Below, in pieces: positions 1-9,829 of a stretch of 59,497 nt of DNA. The number at the start of each line of letters is the position of its first letter. Positions within the stretch are counted from its first letter, which is position 1. The stretch comes from an uncultured Bacteroidota bacterium. GTDB lineage: Bacteria; Bacteroidota; Bacteroidia; UBA4408. The notes under the pieces were generated by a model, which did not search any database, was not told the DNA's origin, and saw nothing but the letters and a program-made list of their open reading frames with translations. The DNA lies in the NCBI GenBank assembly GCA_903840505.1, contig CAIMGI010000014.1, forward strand, positions 1 through 59,497. The letters run 5' to 3'. A program made the position numbers and the translations under genes.

Positions 1-1
1 A

Positions 2-250
2 CTATTGGCAAAAGCCATTCATTTATCCAACAATCAATCAACACTGTATTTGCTTATTGCAACCGCCACCGTTATTGTATATGGAGGAGCATTGGAAATT
101 ATGCAGGGACTTGTTTTTGAGGAGCGCAGTGCCGATGTGTACGACTTTATTGCCAATTCAGTTGGTGCAATTGCGGCTTGGTTTTTATATAAAAAGATGG
201 ATACCTTTGTACTAGATAAATGGTACAAAAATTTTAAACGCAGCCCGTGA
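2..250 (+). CDS. VanZ-like membrane protein, C-terminal fragment (5' end outside window)
   Basis: The frame is open from the window edge. It has hydrophobic helices, and the segment ERSADVYDFIANSVGAIAAW resembles the conserved C-terminal stretch of VanZ-like proteins. The TGA stop at 248-250 overlaps the GTG of the next gene. Confidence 0.45.
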   Translation, partial: LLAKAIHLSNNQSTLYLLIATATVIVYGGALEIMQGLVFEERSADVYDFIANSVGAIAAWFLYKKMDTFVLDKWYKNFKRSP

Positions 251-690
251 ATTGGAGCATCAAACATTTTAAGGAACTTAATACAAACGAGCTGTACGAT
301 ATTTTTACCGTACGCATTTCCACTTTTGTAATGGAGCAAAATTGCCATTACCAGGATGCCGATGGAAAAGACATTAAAGCCTACCACATACAAGCACGCA
401 ACGAAAAAAACGAATTGGTGGCTTATGCCAGAATATTGCCTCCTGGAGTTTCGTATCCAGATGTTTCCATTGGGCGTGTGCTTTCAATTGCTGCGGTGCG
501 TAATACAGGAGCAGGAAAAGAGTTGATGCGTAAAGCTATGTTATTTATAAAAGAAAAATGGGGAGCAGTACCTGTGTGTATTTCGGCACAATGCTACTTA
601 ATTAAGTTTTACGAAAGCTTTGGTTTTGTATGCCAAGGCGAAGAATATTTTGAAGACGATATTCCGCATATACAAATGCTTTTTGCTTAG
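247..690 (+). CDS. GNAT family N-acetyltransferase (ElaA-like)
   Basis: 147 aa. The N-terminus (FKELNTNELYDIFTVRISTFVMEQNC) and the acetyl-CoA loop (VRNTGAGKELM) are typical of ElaA-type GNATs. GTG start. Confidence 0.75.
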   Translation: MNWSIKHFKELNTNELYDIFTVRISTFVMEQNCHYQDADGKDIKAYHIQARNEKNELVAYARILPPGVSYPDVSIGRVLSIAAVRNTGAGKELMRKAMLFIKEKWGAVPVCISAQCYLIKFYESFGFVCQGEEYFEDDIPHIQMLFA

Positions 691-783
691 CTTTAGTTTT
701 TAGAAAATAAAGGGAATAATAAAAATAAAAAAACTTCATCCCATATATAAGTATAAGTTAGACAATTATACGTTATAACAAGT

Positions 784-1242
784 ATGAAAAAAATAATTAC
801 TGTTACAGTTATTTGTTTGACAATGACAATTAATTCGTTCGGACAAAAAATATCCCGAAAAGAAGCTCAACAAATTCTTGACAAAACCCTAGGCTATTTA
901 AAAACAAACGACACTGCTTCATTCATTAATTTATGGTACTTTGACGATACTCCAAGACCTTATAATAAAAAGGTTTACAAGCGACAAGACGCTGTTGAGG
1001 AATTTATTCAGTTAAAATCTTTCTTAGACACTGCTTTAACAAAAAACTTAGCGTTTGACGAAATTGATGTTGAAAAAATGGACTGGTATGACCAATATAA
1101 AGTCAAATACAAAATAAAAGCTTGGTTTAAGTACGATGACAGTAAAAAGTATTATAAAGGTTACGGCTTTTTAATTGACAATATAAATGGTAAATGGGTT
1201 TTTCGTTTCACAACTGAGACATCAATCTCGTATCGTAGTTAA
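784..1242 (+). CDS. hypothetical exported protein
   Basis: 152-aa ORF with an N-terminal signal peptide (MKKIITVTVICLTMTINSFGQ). Lys/Asp-rich composition is typical of this genome. I recognise no family. Confidence 0.55.
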   Translation: MKKIITVTVICLTMTINSFGQKISRKEAQQILDKTLGYLKTNDTASFINLWYFDDTPRPYNKKVYKRQDAVEEFIQLKSFLDTALTKNLAFDEIDVEKMDWYDQYKVKYKIKAWFKYDDSKKYYKGYGFLIDNINGKWVFRFTTETSISYRS

Positions 1243-1452
1243 ATCTATTTTTGCTGCAACAGCTCTGCCGAAAAAGCTGTTAACATTAACTCAAACATTA
1301 GCAAAAACGTTCCGCTTATTAGCTTTATAAAAGCATCCCCCTATATGGATAATTTTCAGGAATCATCCATCTCTAAAATATTCTGTACCTTTCGAATAAA
1401 ATAATTAATCCCTGTTCGAGAAGAATAGTAGCCAAAGAAACCAGCTTTAAAA

Positions 1453-3963
1453 ATGCCCTCAAATAATTTCAATATAACAGGACTCCGCAAGGAAGAAGTA
1501 ATTATTGCAAGGGAAAAATATGGGCAAAATAAACTTCACTATAAAAAGGAAAATGGATTTTTTGATGCTATAAAAAGTCTTGCAAAAGAGCCAATGGTTA
1601 TTTTGTTATTGATAGCCTCAGCCATTTATTTTATAAGCGGAAAAATGGGTGATGGTATTTTTCTTGGGTCTGCTATTATTCTAGTTGCTGCTATCTCCTT
1701 ATACCAAGATTCCAGAAGCAGGAATGCCCTGGAAAAATTAAAAACCTTTACTCAACCTAAATGCAAAGTAATCCGAAACGGTGAAGTACAAGAAATAAAT
1801 AGCGAAGACCTGGTGGTGGGCGACAGTTTAATGGTAGAAGAAGGAACGGCCATTGTTGCTGATGGCATCATAGTTCATTCAAATGATTTTTCAGTAAATG
1901 AATCAATACTTACCGGTGAATCACTTTCTGTTTTTAAGGACAAAACAAAAGAAGATCATTTTATTTATTCGGGCACAAGTGTTGCCGGTGGCTTGGCAAT
2001 AGCAACCGTTACCAACATTGGCAATGAAAGCAAATTGGGCAAAATTGGAAAAAGCCTTGAAAGCATCACCGAAGAAAAAACACCCTTAGAAATACAAATC
2101 AGCAGTTTTGTAAAAAAAATGGTGCTAGTTGGTGCGCTTGTTTTTATAGTCGTTTGGGCAATTAACTATTTTCAAACGTACAATGTGTTAGATAGTTTAC
2201 TCAAGGCACTCACCTTGGCAATGAGTATTTTGCCTGAAGAAATTCCTGTAGCATTTACAACTTTTATGGCACTGGGTGCCTGGCGATTAATGAAAATGGG
2301 TATTGTGGTGAAGCAAATGAAAACCGTTGAAACCCTTGGCAGTGCCACGGTTATTTGTACCGACAAAACAGGAACCATTACCGAAAACAGAATGAGTTTA
2401 GCACAATTATTTTTACTCACTTCTCAAAAGTTTTTGAAACCGACCGATGCATTAACCGAGGATGAAAAGGATTTGATAAAAGTAGCGATGTGGGCAAGTG
2501 AACCTATTCCCTTCGACCCAATGGAAGTGGCGTTACACCAAGCATACAAGGATATTGTAAGCAAAGATGAGCGTCCCAATTTTAAGCTTGTTCACGAATA
2601 TCCTTTGGGTGGTAAACCGCCAATGATGACACACTTGTTTGAAGACAAAACAGGTAAACGTATTGTTGCAGCAAAAGGAGCAGCCGAAGCATTGATGAAT
2701 GTTTCTAAACTTAGCGAAACCGAAAAACAACAGATAAAAGAGGCCATTAAAACACTGGCAAAGAGCGGATACAGAGTATTGGGAGTAGGCCTTTCTAATT
2801 TCAAAGGAGTTGATTTTCCTAAAACACAACAGGAATTTGATTTTCAATTTATAGGTCTCGTGGCCTTTTACGACCCTCCGAAGCATAATATACAAGAGGT
2901 GTTAAACAACTTTTATAAAGCAGGAATTTTAGTAAAAATCATAACCGGTGATAATGCAGAAACAACGGGAGCTATTGCCAAACAAATTGGATTCAAAGGA
3001 TATGAAAAAAGCATAACAGGCGATGCATTGATGCAACTTAAGGATACTGAATTACAAGATTGTGTGATGGATACAAATGTTTTTACCAGAATGTTTCCTG
3101 AAGCCAAACTGAAAATAATAAATGCACTAAAAGCGCGGGGACAAATTGTTGCAATGACAGGAGATGGTGTGAATGACGGTCCTGCTTTGAAAGCTGCACA
3201 CATCGGTATTGCAATGGGTAAGAAAGGAACTGAAATTGCCAAGCAAGCGGCTTCGCTAATATTGATTGACGATGACCTTGCAAAAATGGTGGATGCAGTA
3301 GCAATGGGAAGAAAAATTTACACCAACTTAAAAAAAGCCATTCAATACATTATTTCTATTCACATTCCGATAATTCTTTCGGTTTTTATACCCCTGGCAT
3401 TGGGATGGGTTTATCCGAATATTTTTTCGCCAATACACGTTATTCTTTTAGAATTGATAATGGGTCCAACCTGCTCCATCATTTATGAAAATGAACCAAT
3501 GGAAAAAAACACGATGATTCAACTTCCAAAACCATTCACAACAACTTTTTTTAATTGGAAAGAACTATCTATAAGTATTATACAAGGATTAGCCGTTACA
3601 GCCGGAATACTCATTACGTATCAGTACTCAGTAAATAATACATACAATGAAGCATTAACCCGAACAATGTGCTTTAGCGTTTTAATTATTTCAAATATAT
3701 TTTTAACGCTGGTTAATCGTTCATTTTATTATTCTATTCTCACAACATTGAAGTATAAAAACAACCTGGTTTTACTTATTATTTCCGCAACATTGGCAAT
3801 CGTTTCGCTCTTGCTGTTTGTAAAACCACTAACTGCATTTTTTGAATTTGAAACATTAAACGGGACACAAATACTACTTTGTATTGTTATGGGATTTCTG
3901 TCGGTAATATGGATGGAGGGAGTAAAATTTGTGAAAAGACTAAAATCAGATTCCGATAACTAA
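1453..3963 (+). CDS. cation-translocating P-type ATPase (P2-type, Ca2+/Mg2+-like)
   Basis: 836 aa with the phosphorylation motif DKTGTITEN, TGES actuator motif, TGDNAETT and the hinge MTGDGVNDGPALKAAHIGIAMG. The N-terminus resembles a cation-ATPase N domain, and the C-terminus has multiple TM helices. Ion specificity cannot be read from the sequence. Confidence 0.9.
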   Translation: MPSNNFNITGLRKEEVIIAREKYGQNKLHYKKENGFFDAIKSLAKEPMVILLLIASAIYFISGKMGDGIFLGSAIILVAAISLYQDSRSRNALEKLKTFTQPKCKVIRNGEVQEINSEDLVVGDSLMVEEGTAIVADGIIVHSNDFSVNESILTGESLSVFKDKTKEDHFIYSGTSVAGGLAIATVTNIGNESKLGKIGKSLESITEEKTPLEIQISSFVKKMVLVGALVFIVVWAINYFQTYNVLDSLLKALTLAMSILPEEIPVAFTTFMALGAWRLMKMGIVVKQMKTVETLGSATVICTDKTGTITENRMSLAQLFLLTSQKFLKPTDALTEDEKDLIKVAMWASEPIPFDPMEVALHQAYKDIVSKDERPNFKLVHEYPLGGKPPMMTHLFEDKTGKRIVAAKGAAEALMNVSKLSETEKQQIKEAIKTLAKSGYRVLGVGLSNFKGVDFPKTQQEFDFQFIGLVAFYDPPKHNIQEVLNNFYKAGILVKIITGDNAETTGAIAKQIGFKGYEKSITGDALMQLKDTELQDCVMDTNVFTRMFPEAKLKIINALKARGQIVAMTGDGVNDGPALKAAHIGIAMGKKGTEIAKQAASLILIDDDLAKMVDAVAMGRKIYTNLKKAIQYIISIHIPIILSVFIPLALGWVYPNIFSPIHVILLELIMGPTCSIIYENEPMEKNTMIQLPKPFTTTFFNWKELSISIIQGLAVTAGILITYQYSVNNTYNEALTRTMCFSVLIISNIFLTLVNRSFYYSILTTLKYKNNLVLLIISATLAIVSLLLFVKPLTAFFEFETLNGTQILLCIVMGFLSVIWMEGVKFVKRLKSDSDN

Positions 3964-3978
3964 CAATGATAATTATCT

Positions 3979-4317
3979 TTAATGAAAAATCATTGCCAAT
4001 CCAATTACCAATAATACTAAACCAATAGCCGTTAAACCGTATAGGGAAAAACCTATTGAACCTCCATTGTAATGAATGAGTATACAACTAATAAAACCAA
4101 TACCTAAGATTACTACTCCTGATAGTATAAGCAAACTACCCTGCTTTGTTAACTTCGCATTGCGCAAGCGTTTTACTTGTTTTATGATTTGAACAACCGT
4201 ATTTTCATCGAGCCCTTGTTGATTGAAATAAGATTCAATAGAGGCATTATCACGTCCTTGCTCAATCATTTTTTTGGCCATTTCCAACTGATTTTGAAAA
4301 GTAGAATTCTGTTCCAT
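3979..4317 (-). CDS. hypothetical small membrane protein
   Basis: 112 aa. A soluble helical N-terminal half is followed by two or three hydrophobic helices. No recognised family. Confidence 0.5.
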   Translation of the reverse strand: MEQNSTFQNQLEMAKKMIEQGRDNASIESYFNQQGLDENTVVQIIKQVKRLRNAKLTKQGSLLILSGVVILGIGFISCILIHYNGGSIGFSLYGLTAIGLVLLVIGLAMIFH

Positions 4318-4461
4318 ATAGGAGCTTTAGTTTAGCTAAATTACTAAAAATTAGAATCATATAAAAATCTAAAAATAAGAACCTTTGGTTAGTATTGAAA
4401 ATGTGTACATTTAGCCCCACAATAAAAACAGGGTTAACTTTTTAAATGATTTACAATTGAG

Positions 4462-5658
4462 ATGGGGATAAATATTTTTTTTAATAAACTCATCAATGCC
4501 GGCATTAAAGACAATTATCAGGCTTGGGAAATACATCTCACAAAAAAATTAAATTCCATAGTACTAATTGGAATCTTTAATATGATTATGGGAATTTTGT
4601 TTTTTAAAATAACTAACAATAGCCCCTTTATTCCTTATTGCTTATTTGGTTTACTTTCACTCCCCTTTGTAATTGTTTTGAATACAATCAAAAATTACGT
4701 ACTTGCCAGCTATTGGTTTTATTGTTGCGGCTTCACTTTTTTTATTCTGGTAAACCTAAAAATGGGAATTCACTCCTATGTGATTTTATTTTATTTCCCT
4801 GTAATTATTAGTATGGTTCAACTGTTGGGGCGAAAAGAAACCTTTAAGCATTTGATTGCTTTAAGTGCTATTTGTATCCTGTCTATATTAAGTATTGTAA
4901 TTGAATTTAAATTTAATATGCTAGGTATAAATTCAGGTACACCTGTTAGTACCAATTTAATATTATTTAATATTCTACTGAGTTTTATAACTACTATAGC
5001 TTTAACTATAGTGTTGGTATTTGAATCTGTCAGTCAAGAAAAACTGATACGTAAAACACTAACAGAAAAAGAAATTTTATTGGCCGAAGTTTTTCATAGG
5101 GTAAAAAACAATATGAATATTGTTACCAGTTTGCTCAACCTAAAGAAGAATATGTCGGATTCCATTGAAGTACAAAATGCCTTGGAAGAATGTAGAAGCC
5201 GCATATATTCTATGGCATTGGTGCATCAAATGGTATTTAACAACGATAATCTCGTTAGGTTAAATTTCAATGAATACATCAAAAACCTAACTGTTGAAAT
5301 TGCCAAATCACTTGGCGACATCGATAAATTTGAAATTATACTGGAAACAGATGATGTTAATTTAGAATTATCAAAAGCAATTCCTTGCGGACTAATATTA
5401 AACGAACTGCTTACCAACTCTTTTAAATATGGCAAGCCTGGGAACAACAAACTCGAAATTCACATAAAACTAAAAAATAAATCTGGCGAAATTGAACTCG
5501 AAGTAAGAGATAACGGACCAGGGATGACTGAAGCGTTTAATACAAAAACATTGGGGCACGATCTGATACAATCCCTATCGGAACAAATTAATGGAACTTT
5601 CCGCTTTTATAATAAGGATGGATTTGTTTTCAATATTAAATTCAAGGCAGAATCTTAG
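4462..5658 (+). CDS. sensor histidine kinase (HisKA_2-type) with polytopic membrane sensor domain
   Basis: 398 aa. About 6 N-terminal TM helices, then the H-box EVFHRVKNNMNIVTSLL, N-box LNELLTNSFKYG and G-box RDNGPGM. There is no adjacent response regulator. Confidence 0.8.
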   Translation: MGINIFFNKLINAGIKDNYQAWEIHLTKKLNSIVLIGIFNMIMGILFFKITNNSPFIPYCLFGLLSLPFVIVLNTIKNYVLASYWFYCCGFTFFILVNLKMGIHSYVILFYFPVIISMVQLLGRKETFKHLIALSAICILSILSIVIEFKFNMLGINSGTPVSTNLILFNILLSFITTIALTIVLVFESVSQEKLIRKTLTEKEILLAEVFHRVKNNMNIVTSLLNLKKNMSDSIEVQNALEECRSRIYSMALVHQMVFNNDNLVRLNFNEYIKNLTVEIAKSLGDIDKFEIILETDDVNLELSKAIPCGLILNELLTNSFKYGKPGNNKLEIHIKLKNKSGEIELEVRDNGPGMTEAFNTKTLGHDLIQSLSEQINGTFRFYNKDGFVFNIKFKAES

Positions 5659-5761
5659 AAGGGAATTAGAATACCCGAATAATAAGAGAGGTAAACGAAA
5701 GGTCTCAATAAAAAATATGTATATTTAGCAATAATTCTTAATCAACTTTATAACATCTACT

Positions 5762-6808
5762 ATGAAATTATTTAAAAAATCAGTCCTTGGTATTTTGTTC
5801 AGCATAATTGCTATTAATACATATGCACAATTCGGAAGGGGAAAAATAGAAGAAATAGAAGCCGTCCAAAAAAGAAAATTAATTGTGATATTGGAGGAGC
5901 CAAGGGAAAGTGTTATTAAAAAATTAACCAAGAAAAAAAAGGACTCTGAGCTTGATAATTATAAGGCAGCAGTTGATGAATACAATGCCGAAATGAAAGA
6001 AGTAGTTGAAAAATATTGGCCCTATAAAGAGAATGGTTTTGAATATAAAACCTACAAGCAAGTGCAAGCATTAAAAAAAGCAAAAAACACTAAATTTGCA
6101 GTACTTTATTGTATCTCACAACGACCATCAACCTTTAGCTCAGGGTATGCCAGTGCAGAGGGCTTAAGTTGGACATGGAATATTAAAGAAGACAGCGAGG
6201 ACAGAGATTACTTCGATTATTTTACAACAATGGTTGTTAATCAAATCGAAGATTTTGAAAGTACCCCAATATATAGTACCCCATTACCTGATATTTTTCC
6301 AACCAAAGCCAGTCTGGTTTTTGGCATAAATAATACTAAATCGTATTTTGATTATAGAATAAGAAAAAAGAAGAATGGAGAAAAAATAAATCAACAAGAA
6401 GTAGCGGATAATCAGGTAAAAGAAAATGCACCTAAACTAAAAGATATGACCCTTTTGATTCGAAAAGATTTACTTAACAAAGAGCTTCCCGAAGCCTCAA
6501 TTGGAACTTATTACGGATATAAATTTAAGGTTGCCACCAAAGAAGAAGTTGACAATGCAATTATGAGCCAACAGGAACAAACAGGGTATATTGTTATACT
6601 TCCAACTGTTGTATCAAATTCAAATACCAACTATATTATATATATGCAATTCATTTATGATGCAAAAACTAATGAGCTAATGGCTTATATAAGACCAAGT
6701 ACCTTGAGTATGATGGGTGCTGCTCAGATAGGGGGCAAAGCCGGAAAAAAGACTATAGAAAAAAACAATCTCGAAAAATTTACTAAGATTATTAACGGAA
6801 AAGATTAG
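5762..6808 (+). CDS. hypothetical exported protein
   Basis: 348-aa ORF with a signal peptide (ILFSIIAINTYAQ). No recognised motifs. Confidence 0.6.
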   Translation: MKLFKKSVLGILFSIIAINTYAQFGRGKIEEIEAVQKRKLIVILEEPRESVIKKLTKKKKDSELDNYKAAVDEYNAEMKEVVEKYWPYKENGFEYKTYKQVQALKKAKNTKFAVLYCISQRPSTFSSGYASAEGLSWTWNIKEDSEDRDYFDYFTTMVVNQIEDFESTPIYSTPLPDIFPTKASLVFGINNTKSYFDYRIRKKKNGEKINQQEVADNQVKENAPKLKDMTLLIRKDLLNKELPEASIGTYYGYKFKVATKEEVDNAIMSQQEQTGYIVILPTVVSNSNTNYIIYMQFIYDAKTNELMAYIRPSTLSMMGAAQIGGKAGKKTIEKNNLEKFTKIINGKD

Positions 6809-6894
6809 TTTAACAAAAGTGGTTAAACACTTAATATTAGTGGATTAAACAAAGCATAATAGTTCGTTTTGAAAATGCTTATATTTGAATCTTA

Positions 6895-7806
6895 ATGAAA
6901 AGCGCAATTTCTATTCCCGATTTTAGTAAAAGCCCTGCCATTGATCAAGTGGGTGTTGAGGAACGTGTAGCGCGTTTTACTGCACGCAGCATTAAAAAAG
7001 CGAGTAAGGTGCAAGGCTTAAAAATGGCCTTGAATATGATTGACCTTACCACCCTAGAAGGAAAAGATACAGAAGGAAAAGTTAAACAAATGTGTTACAA
7101 AGCAATGCATTTACACGATGTGTTGCCCGGTTTGCCAAACGTTGCCGCAGTGTGTGTATACCCAACAATGGTGCGTACTGCAAAACAAGCATTAAAAGAT
7201 TCAGATGTTAAAGTAGCCTCTGTTTCTACCGCATTCCCAAGTGGACAGTCAACCCGAAAAGTAAAATTACTGGATACCACCTTTGCTGTTGAAAACGGTG
7301 CCGATGAAATTGATATGGTAATTTCACGTGGAGAGTTTTTAAAAGGAAATTACAATTTTGTTTTTGATGAAATAGCTGCTATTAAAGAGGCTTGTGGCAA
7401 AGCACGCTTGAAAGTAATTTTTGAAACAGGTGAATTATCAACATTGGATAATGTGCGCAGAGCAAGCGATATTGCAATGTATGCGGGTGCCGATTTTATT
7501 AAAACCTCTACGGGGAAAATTTCTCCGGCTGCTACAATGCCGGTTAGTTTGGTAATGCTGGAAGCCATTCGCGACTATTATTACAAAACAGGCATTATGG
7601 TTGGAATGAAGCCTGCAGGAGGTATTTCAACCGCAAAACTGGCATTGCATTATTTGGTAATGGTAAAAGAAACATTGGGAAATGCTTGGTTAAACAATCA
7701 TTGGTTTCGTTTTGGTGCAAGCAGTTTGGCCAACGATATTTTAATGCAACTTGCTAAAGAAGCTACCGGTGTTTACCAAGGATCTGAATATTTTTCAAAA
7801 GACTAA
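6895..7806 (+). CDS. deoC: deoxyribose-phosphate aldolase (long form)
   Basis: Carries IDLTTLEG, ADEIDMVI and the Schiff-base lysine context DFIKTSTGK. 303 aa, the long DERA class. Confidence 0.85.
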   Translation: MKSAISIPDFSKSPAIDQVGVEERVARFTARSIKKASKVQGLKMALNMIDLTTLEGKDTEGKVKQMCYKAMHLHDVLPGLPNVAAVCVYPTMVRTAKQALKDSDVKVASVSTAFPSGQSTRKVKLLDTTFAVENGADEIDMVISRGEFLKGNYNFVFDEIAAIKEACGKARLKVIFETGELSTLDNVRRASDIAMYAGADFIKTSTGKISPAATMPVSLVMLEAIRDYYYKTGIMVGMKPAGGISTAKLALHYLVMVKETLGNAWLNNHWFRFGASSLANDILMQLAKEATGVYQGSEYFSKD

Positions 7807-7810
7807 TACT

Positions 7811-9277
7811 ATGAGCAAAAAACAACCATGTCTTGATTTTAGCAGCGGATGGGGCTATGAGCCTTCTCCCGAAAATGCCGATCATATACAACTCAAAAAA
7901 AAGTACGAACTTTTCATTGATGGAAAATTCGTAAAACCAACAAAAGGCAAGTATTTTGATACCATTAACCCTGCTACAGAACAAAAATTAGCGGAGATTG
8001 CGGAGGCAGATGAAACAGATGTAAACAAGGCTGTTAAAGCTGCACGTAACAGTTATGAAAATGTTTGGAGCAAAATGCCTGCTGCCGAAAGAGGGAAATA
8101 TATTTTCAGGATTGCCAGAATGATTCAAGAGCGTGCGCGTGAATTTGCAGTAATTGAAACATTGGATGGTGGTAAGCCTATTCGTGAAAGTCGTGACATT
8201 GATATCCCTTTAGCTGCTAATTATTTCTTTTATTATGCAGGTTGGGCCGACAAACTGGCTTATGCTTTTCCAAATAGAAATCCAAAACCCTTGGGTGTTG
8301 CAGGACAAATAATCCCTTGGAACTTTCCCTTATTGATGGCTGCCTGGAAAATTGCTCCTGCCCTGGCAACCGGAAATACAGTAGTTTTAAAACCCGCAGA
8401 AACAACTTCTTTAACTGCATTGAAATTAGCTGAAATAATTGCCGACAGCGGATTACCTCCCGGTGTGGTGAACATAGTTACAGGTGGCGGAAAAACAGGT
8501 GCTGCCATAGTAAACCACAAGGACATAAATAAAATTGCATTTACTGGATCAACCGATGTAGGTAAATTGATACAACATTCACTTGCCAACACAAATAAAA
8601 AGTTAACACTTGAATTGGGAGGAAAAGCTGCCAATATTATTTTTGACGATGCTCCACTCGACCAGGCAGTAGAAGGAATTGTGAATGGAATTTTCTTTAA
8701 CCAGGGTCACGTTTGTTGTGCGGGCTCACGTTTGTTTATTCAAGAAAATGTTGCTGAAACGGTGATACAAAAATTGAAAGACAGAATGGAAACACTTATT
8801 GTTGGTGACCCAATGGATAAGAATACCGACATAGGTGCCATCAATTCAAAACAACAATTAGAGACCATTCAAAAATACATTTCGATTGGTAAAAAAGAAG
8901 GTGCCGATTTTTATCAATCATCTTGTAACTTACCTAAAAAAGGATATTTCTGTAAGCCTACCCTATTTTTAAATACATCACAATCGCACAGAGTTGTGCA
9001 GGAAGAAATATTCGGACCGGTGTTAACCATTCAAACTTTTAGAACGGTAGAAGAAGTCATTGAAAAAGCAAACAATATCCCTTATGGCTTGTCGGCAGGT
9101 GTCTGGACAGACAAGGGTTCTCGCATTTTTAATATGACAAGTAAATTACGCGCAGGTGTTGTGTGGGCAAATACCTATAATAAGTTCGACCCTACATCAC
9201 CCTTTGGTGGATACAAAGAAAGTGGTTTTGGAAGAGAAGGAGGATTGCACGGATTGCAACCCTATTTGAGTTTGTAA
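7811..9277 (+). CDS. NAD(P)-dependent aldehyde dehydrogenase
   Basis: Catalytic Glu motif LELGGKA, catalytic Cys motif FFNQGHVCCAGSR, and the C-terminal PFGGYKESGFGRE. I moved the start from the TTG at 7751 to the ATG at 7811 (MSKKQP), which removes the overlap with deoC. Confidence 0.9.
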   Translation: MSKKQPCLDFSSGWGYEPSPENADHIQLKKKYELFIDGKFVKPTKGKYFDTINPATEQKLAEIAEADETDVNKAVKAARNSYENVWSKMPAAERGKYIFRIARMIQERAREFAVIETLDGGKPIRESRDIDIPLAANYFFYYAGWADKLAYAFPNRNPKPLGVAGQIIPWNFPLLMAAWKIAPALATGNTVVLKPAETTSLTALKLAEIIADSGLPPGVVNIVTGGGKTGAAIVNHKDINKIAFTGSTDVGKLIQHSLANTNKKLTLELGGKAANIIFDDAPLDQAVEGIVNGIFFNQGHVCCAGSRLFIQENVAETVIQKLKDRMETLIVGDPMDKNTDIGAINSKQQLETIQKYISIGKKEGADFYQSSCNLPKKGYFCKPTLFLNTSQSHRVVQEEIFGPVLTIQTFRTVEEVIEKANNIPYGLSAGVWTDKGSRIFNMTSKLRAGVVWANTYNKFDPTSPFGGYKESGFGREGGLHGLQPYLSL

Positions 9278-9281
9278 AATG

Positions 9282-9725
9282 TTATTTACTCAACAAGTCC
9301 TTTACTACCTGAGAAATAATTTTGCCATCTGCCTTTCCGGCTAATTGCTTTGTAGCAACTCCCATTACTTTTCCCATATCGGCAGGGGAAGATGCTCCAA
9401 CAGAAGAAATAATTGCTTGAATAGCCGCTTTAATTTCATCCTCACCCATTTGTTTCGGCAAATAGGCTTCAATGATGGAAGCTTGAGCGAGTTCTACTTC
9501 AGCAAGTTCAGGACGTCCTTGTGATGTATATATTTCAGCAGTTTCTTTGCGTTGCTTTACCATTTTTTGCATTGCCTTCACACCCGACTCTTCGGTTAAT
9601 CCTTCGGGTGATGTTTTCAGTAATAGCACTGCCGATTTTATGGCTCTAAGTGCTTCTAACTTTTGTGCTTCTCTGGCAAGCATTGCTGATTTTATATCTG
9701 CATTTATTTTTTCTTCGAGTGTCAT
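9282..9725 (-). CDS. GatB/YqeY domain-containing protein
   Basis: 147 aa. The N-terminus (EEKINADIKSAMLAREAQKLEALRAIKSAV) and the EI..AYLP segment are typical of the YqeY family. Confidence 0.85.
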   Translation of the reverse strand: MTLEEKINADIKSAMLAREAQKLEALRAIKSAVLLLKTSPEGLTEESGVKAMQKMVKQRKETAEIYTSQGRPELAEVELAQASIIEAYLPKQMGEDEIKAAIQAIISSVGASSPADMGKVMGVATKQLAGKADGKIISQVVKDLLSK

Positions 9726-9772
9726 AGCTTACAAACTTTAATTTTGTTGTTTTTATTTACAATACAATATTA

Positions 9773-9809
9773 CAAAAAAAAGCGAGGCGAGTGTAAAACC
9801 CGCCTCGCC
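9773..9809 (-). terminator. rho-independent terminator downstream of ftsZ
   Basis: Minus strand reads GCGAGGCG-loop-CGCCTCGC (8-bp G+C stem, 9782-9789 with 9801-9808) followed by an 8-nt U run (plus-strand A run 9773-9780). It sits 21 nt after the ftsZ stop. Confidence 0.8.
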
Positions 9810-9829
9810 CTAACCTTTATAAACTAAAT

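Noticed and set aside
1243-1452. 210-nt leader upstream of the P-type ATPase as an M-box or other metal riboswitch.
   Set aside because: It is very AT-rich and contains only two short hairpins (about 1257-1281 and about 1346-1371). It lacks the multi-helix G+C-rich core and conserved strings I associate with M-box RNAs. The first hairpin is more simply a weak terminator for the upstream gene.
7751-7810. N-terminal extensions in the ORF track (7751, 26037, 47059 and 57098 starts).
   Set aside because: All begin at TTG codons. They add non-conserved, odd-composition residues and overlap an upstream gene, a terminator or a TAnnTTTG box. Internal ATGs give canonical N-termini for AldH, the acyltransferase, GAPDH and PurB.
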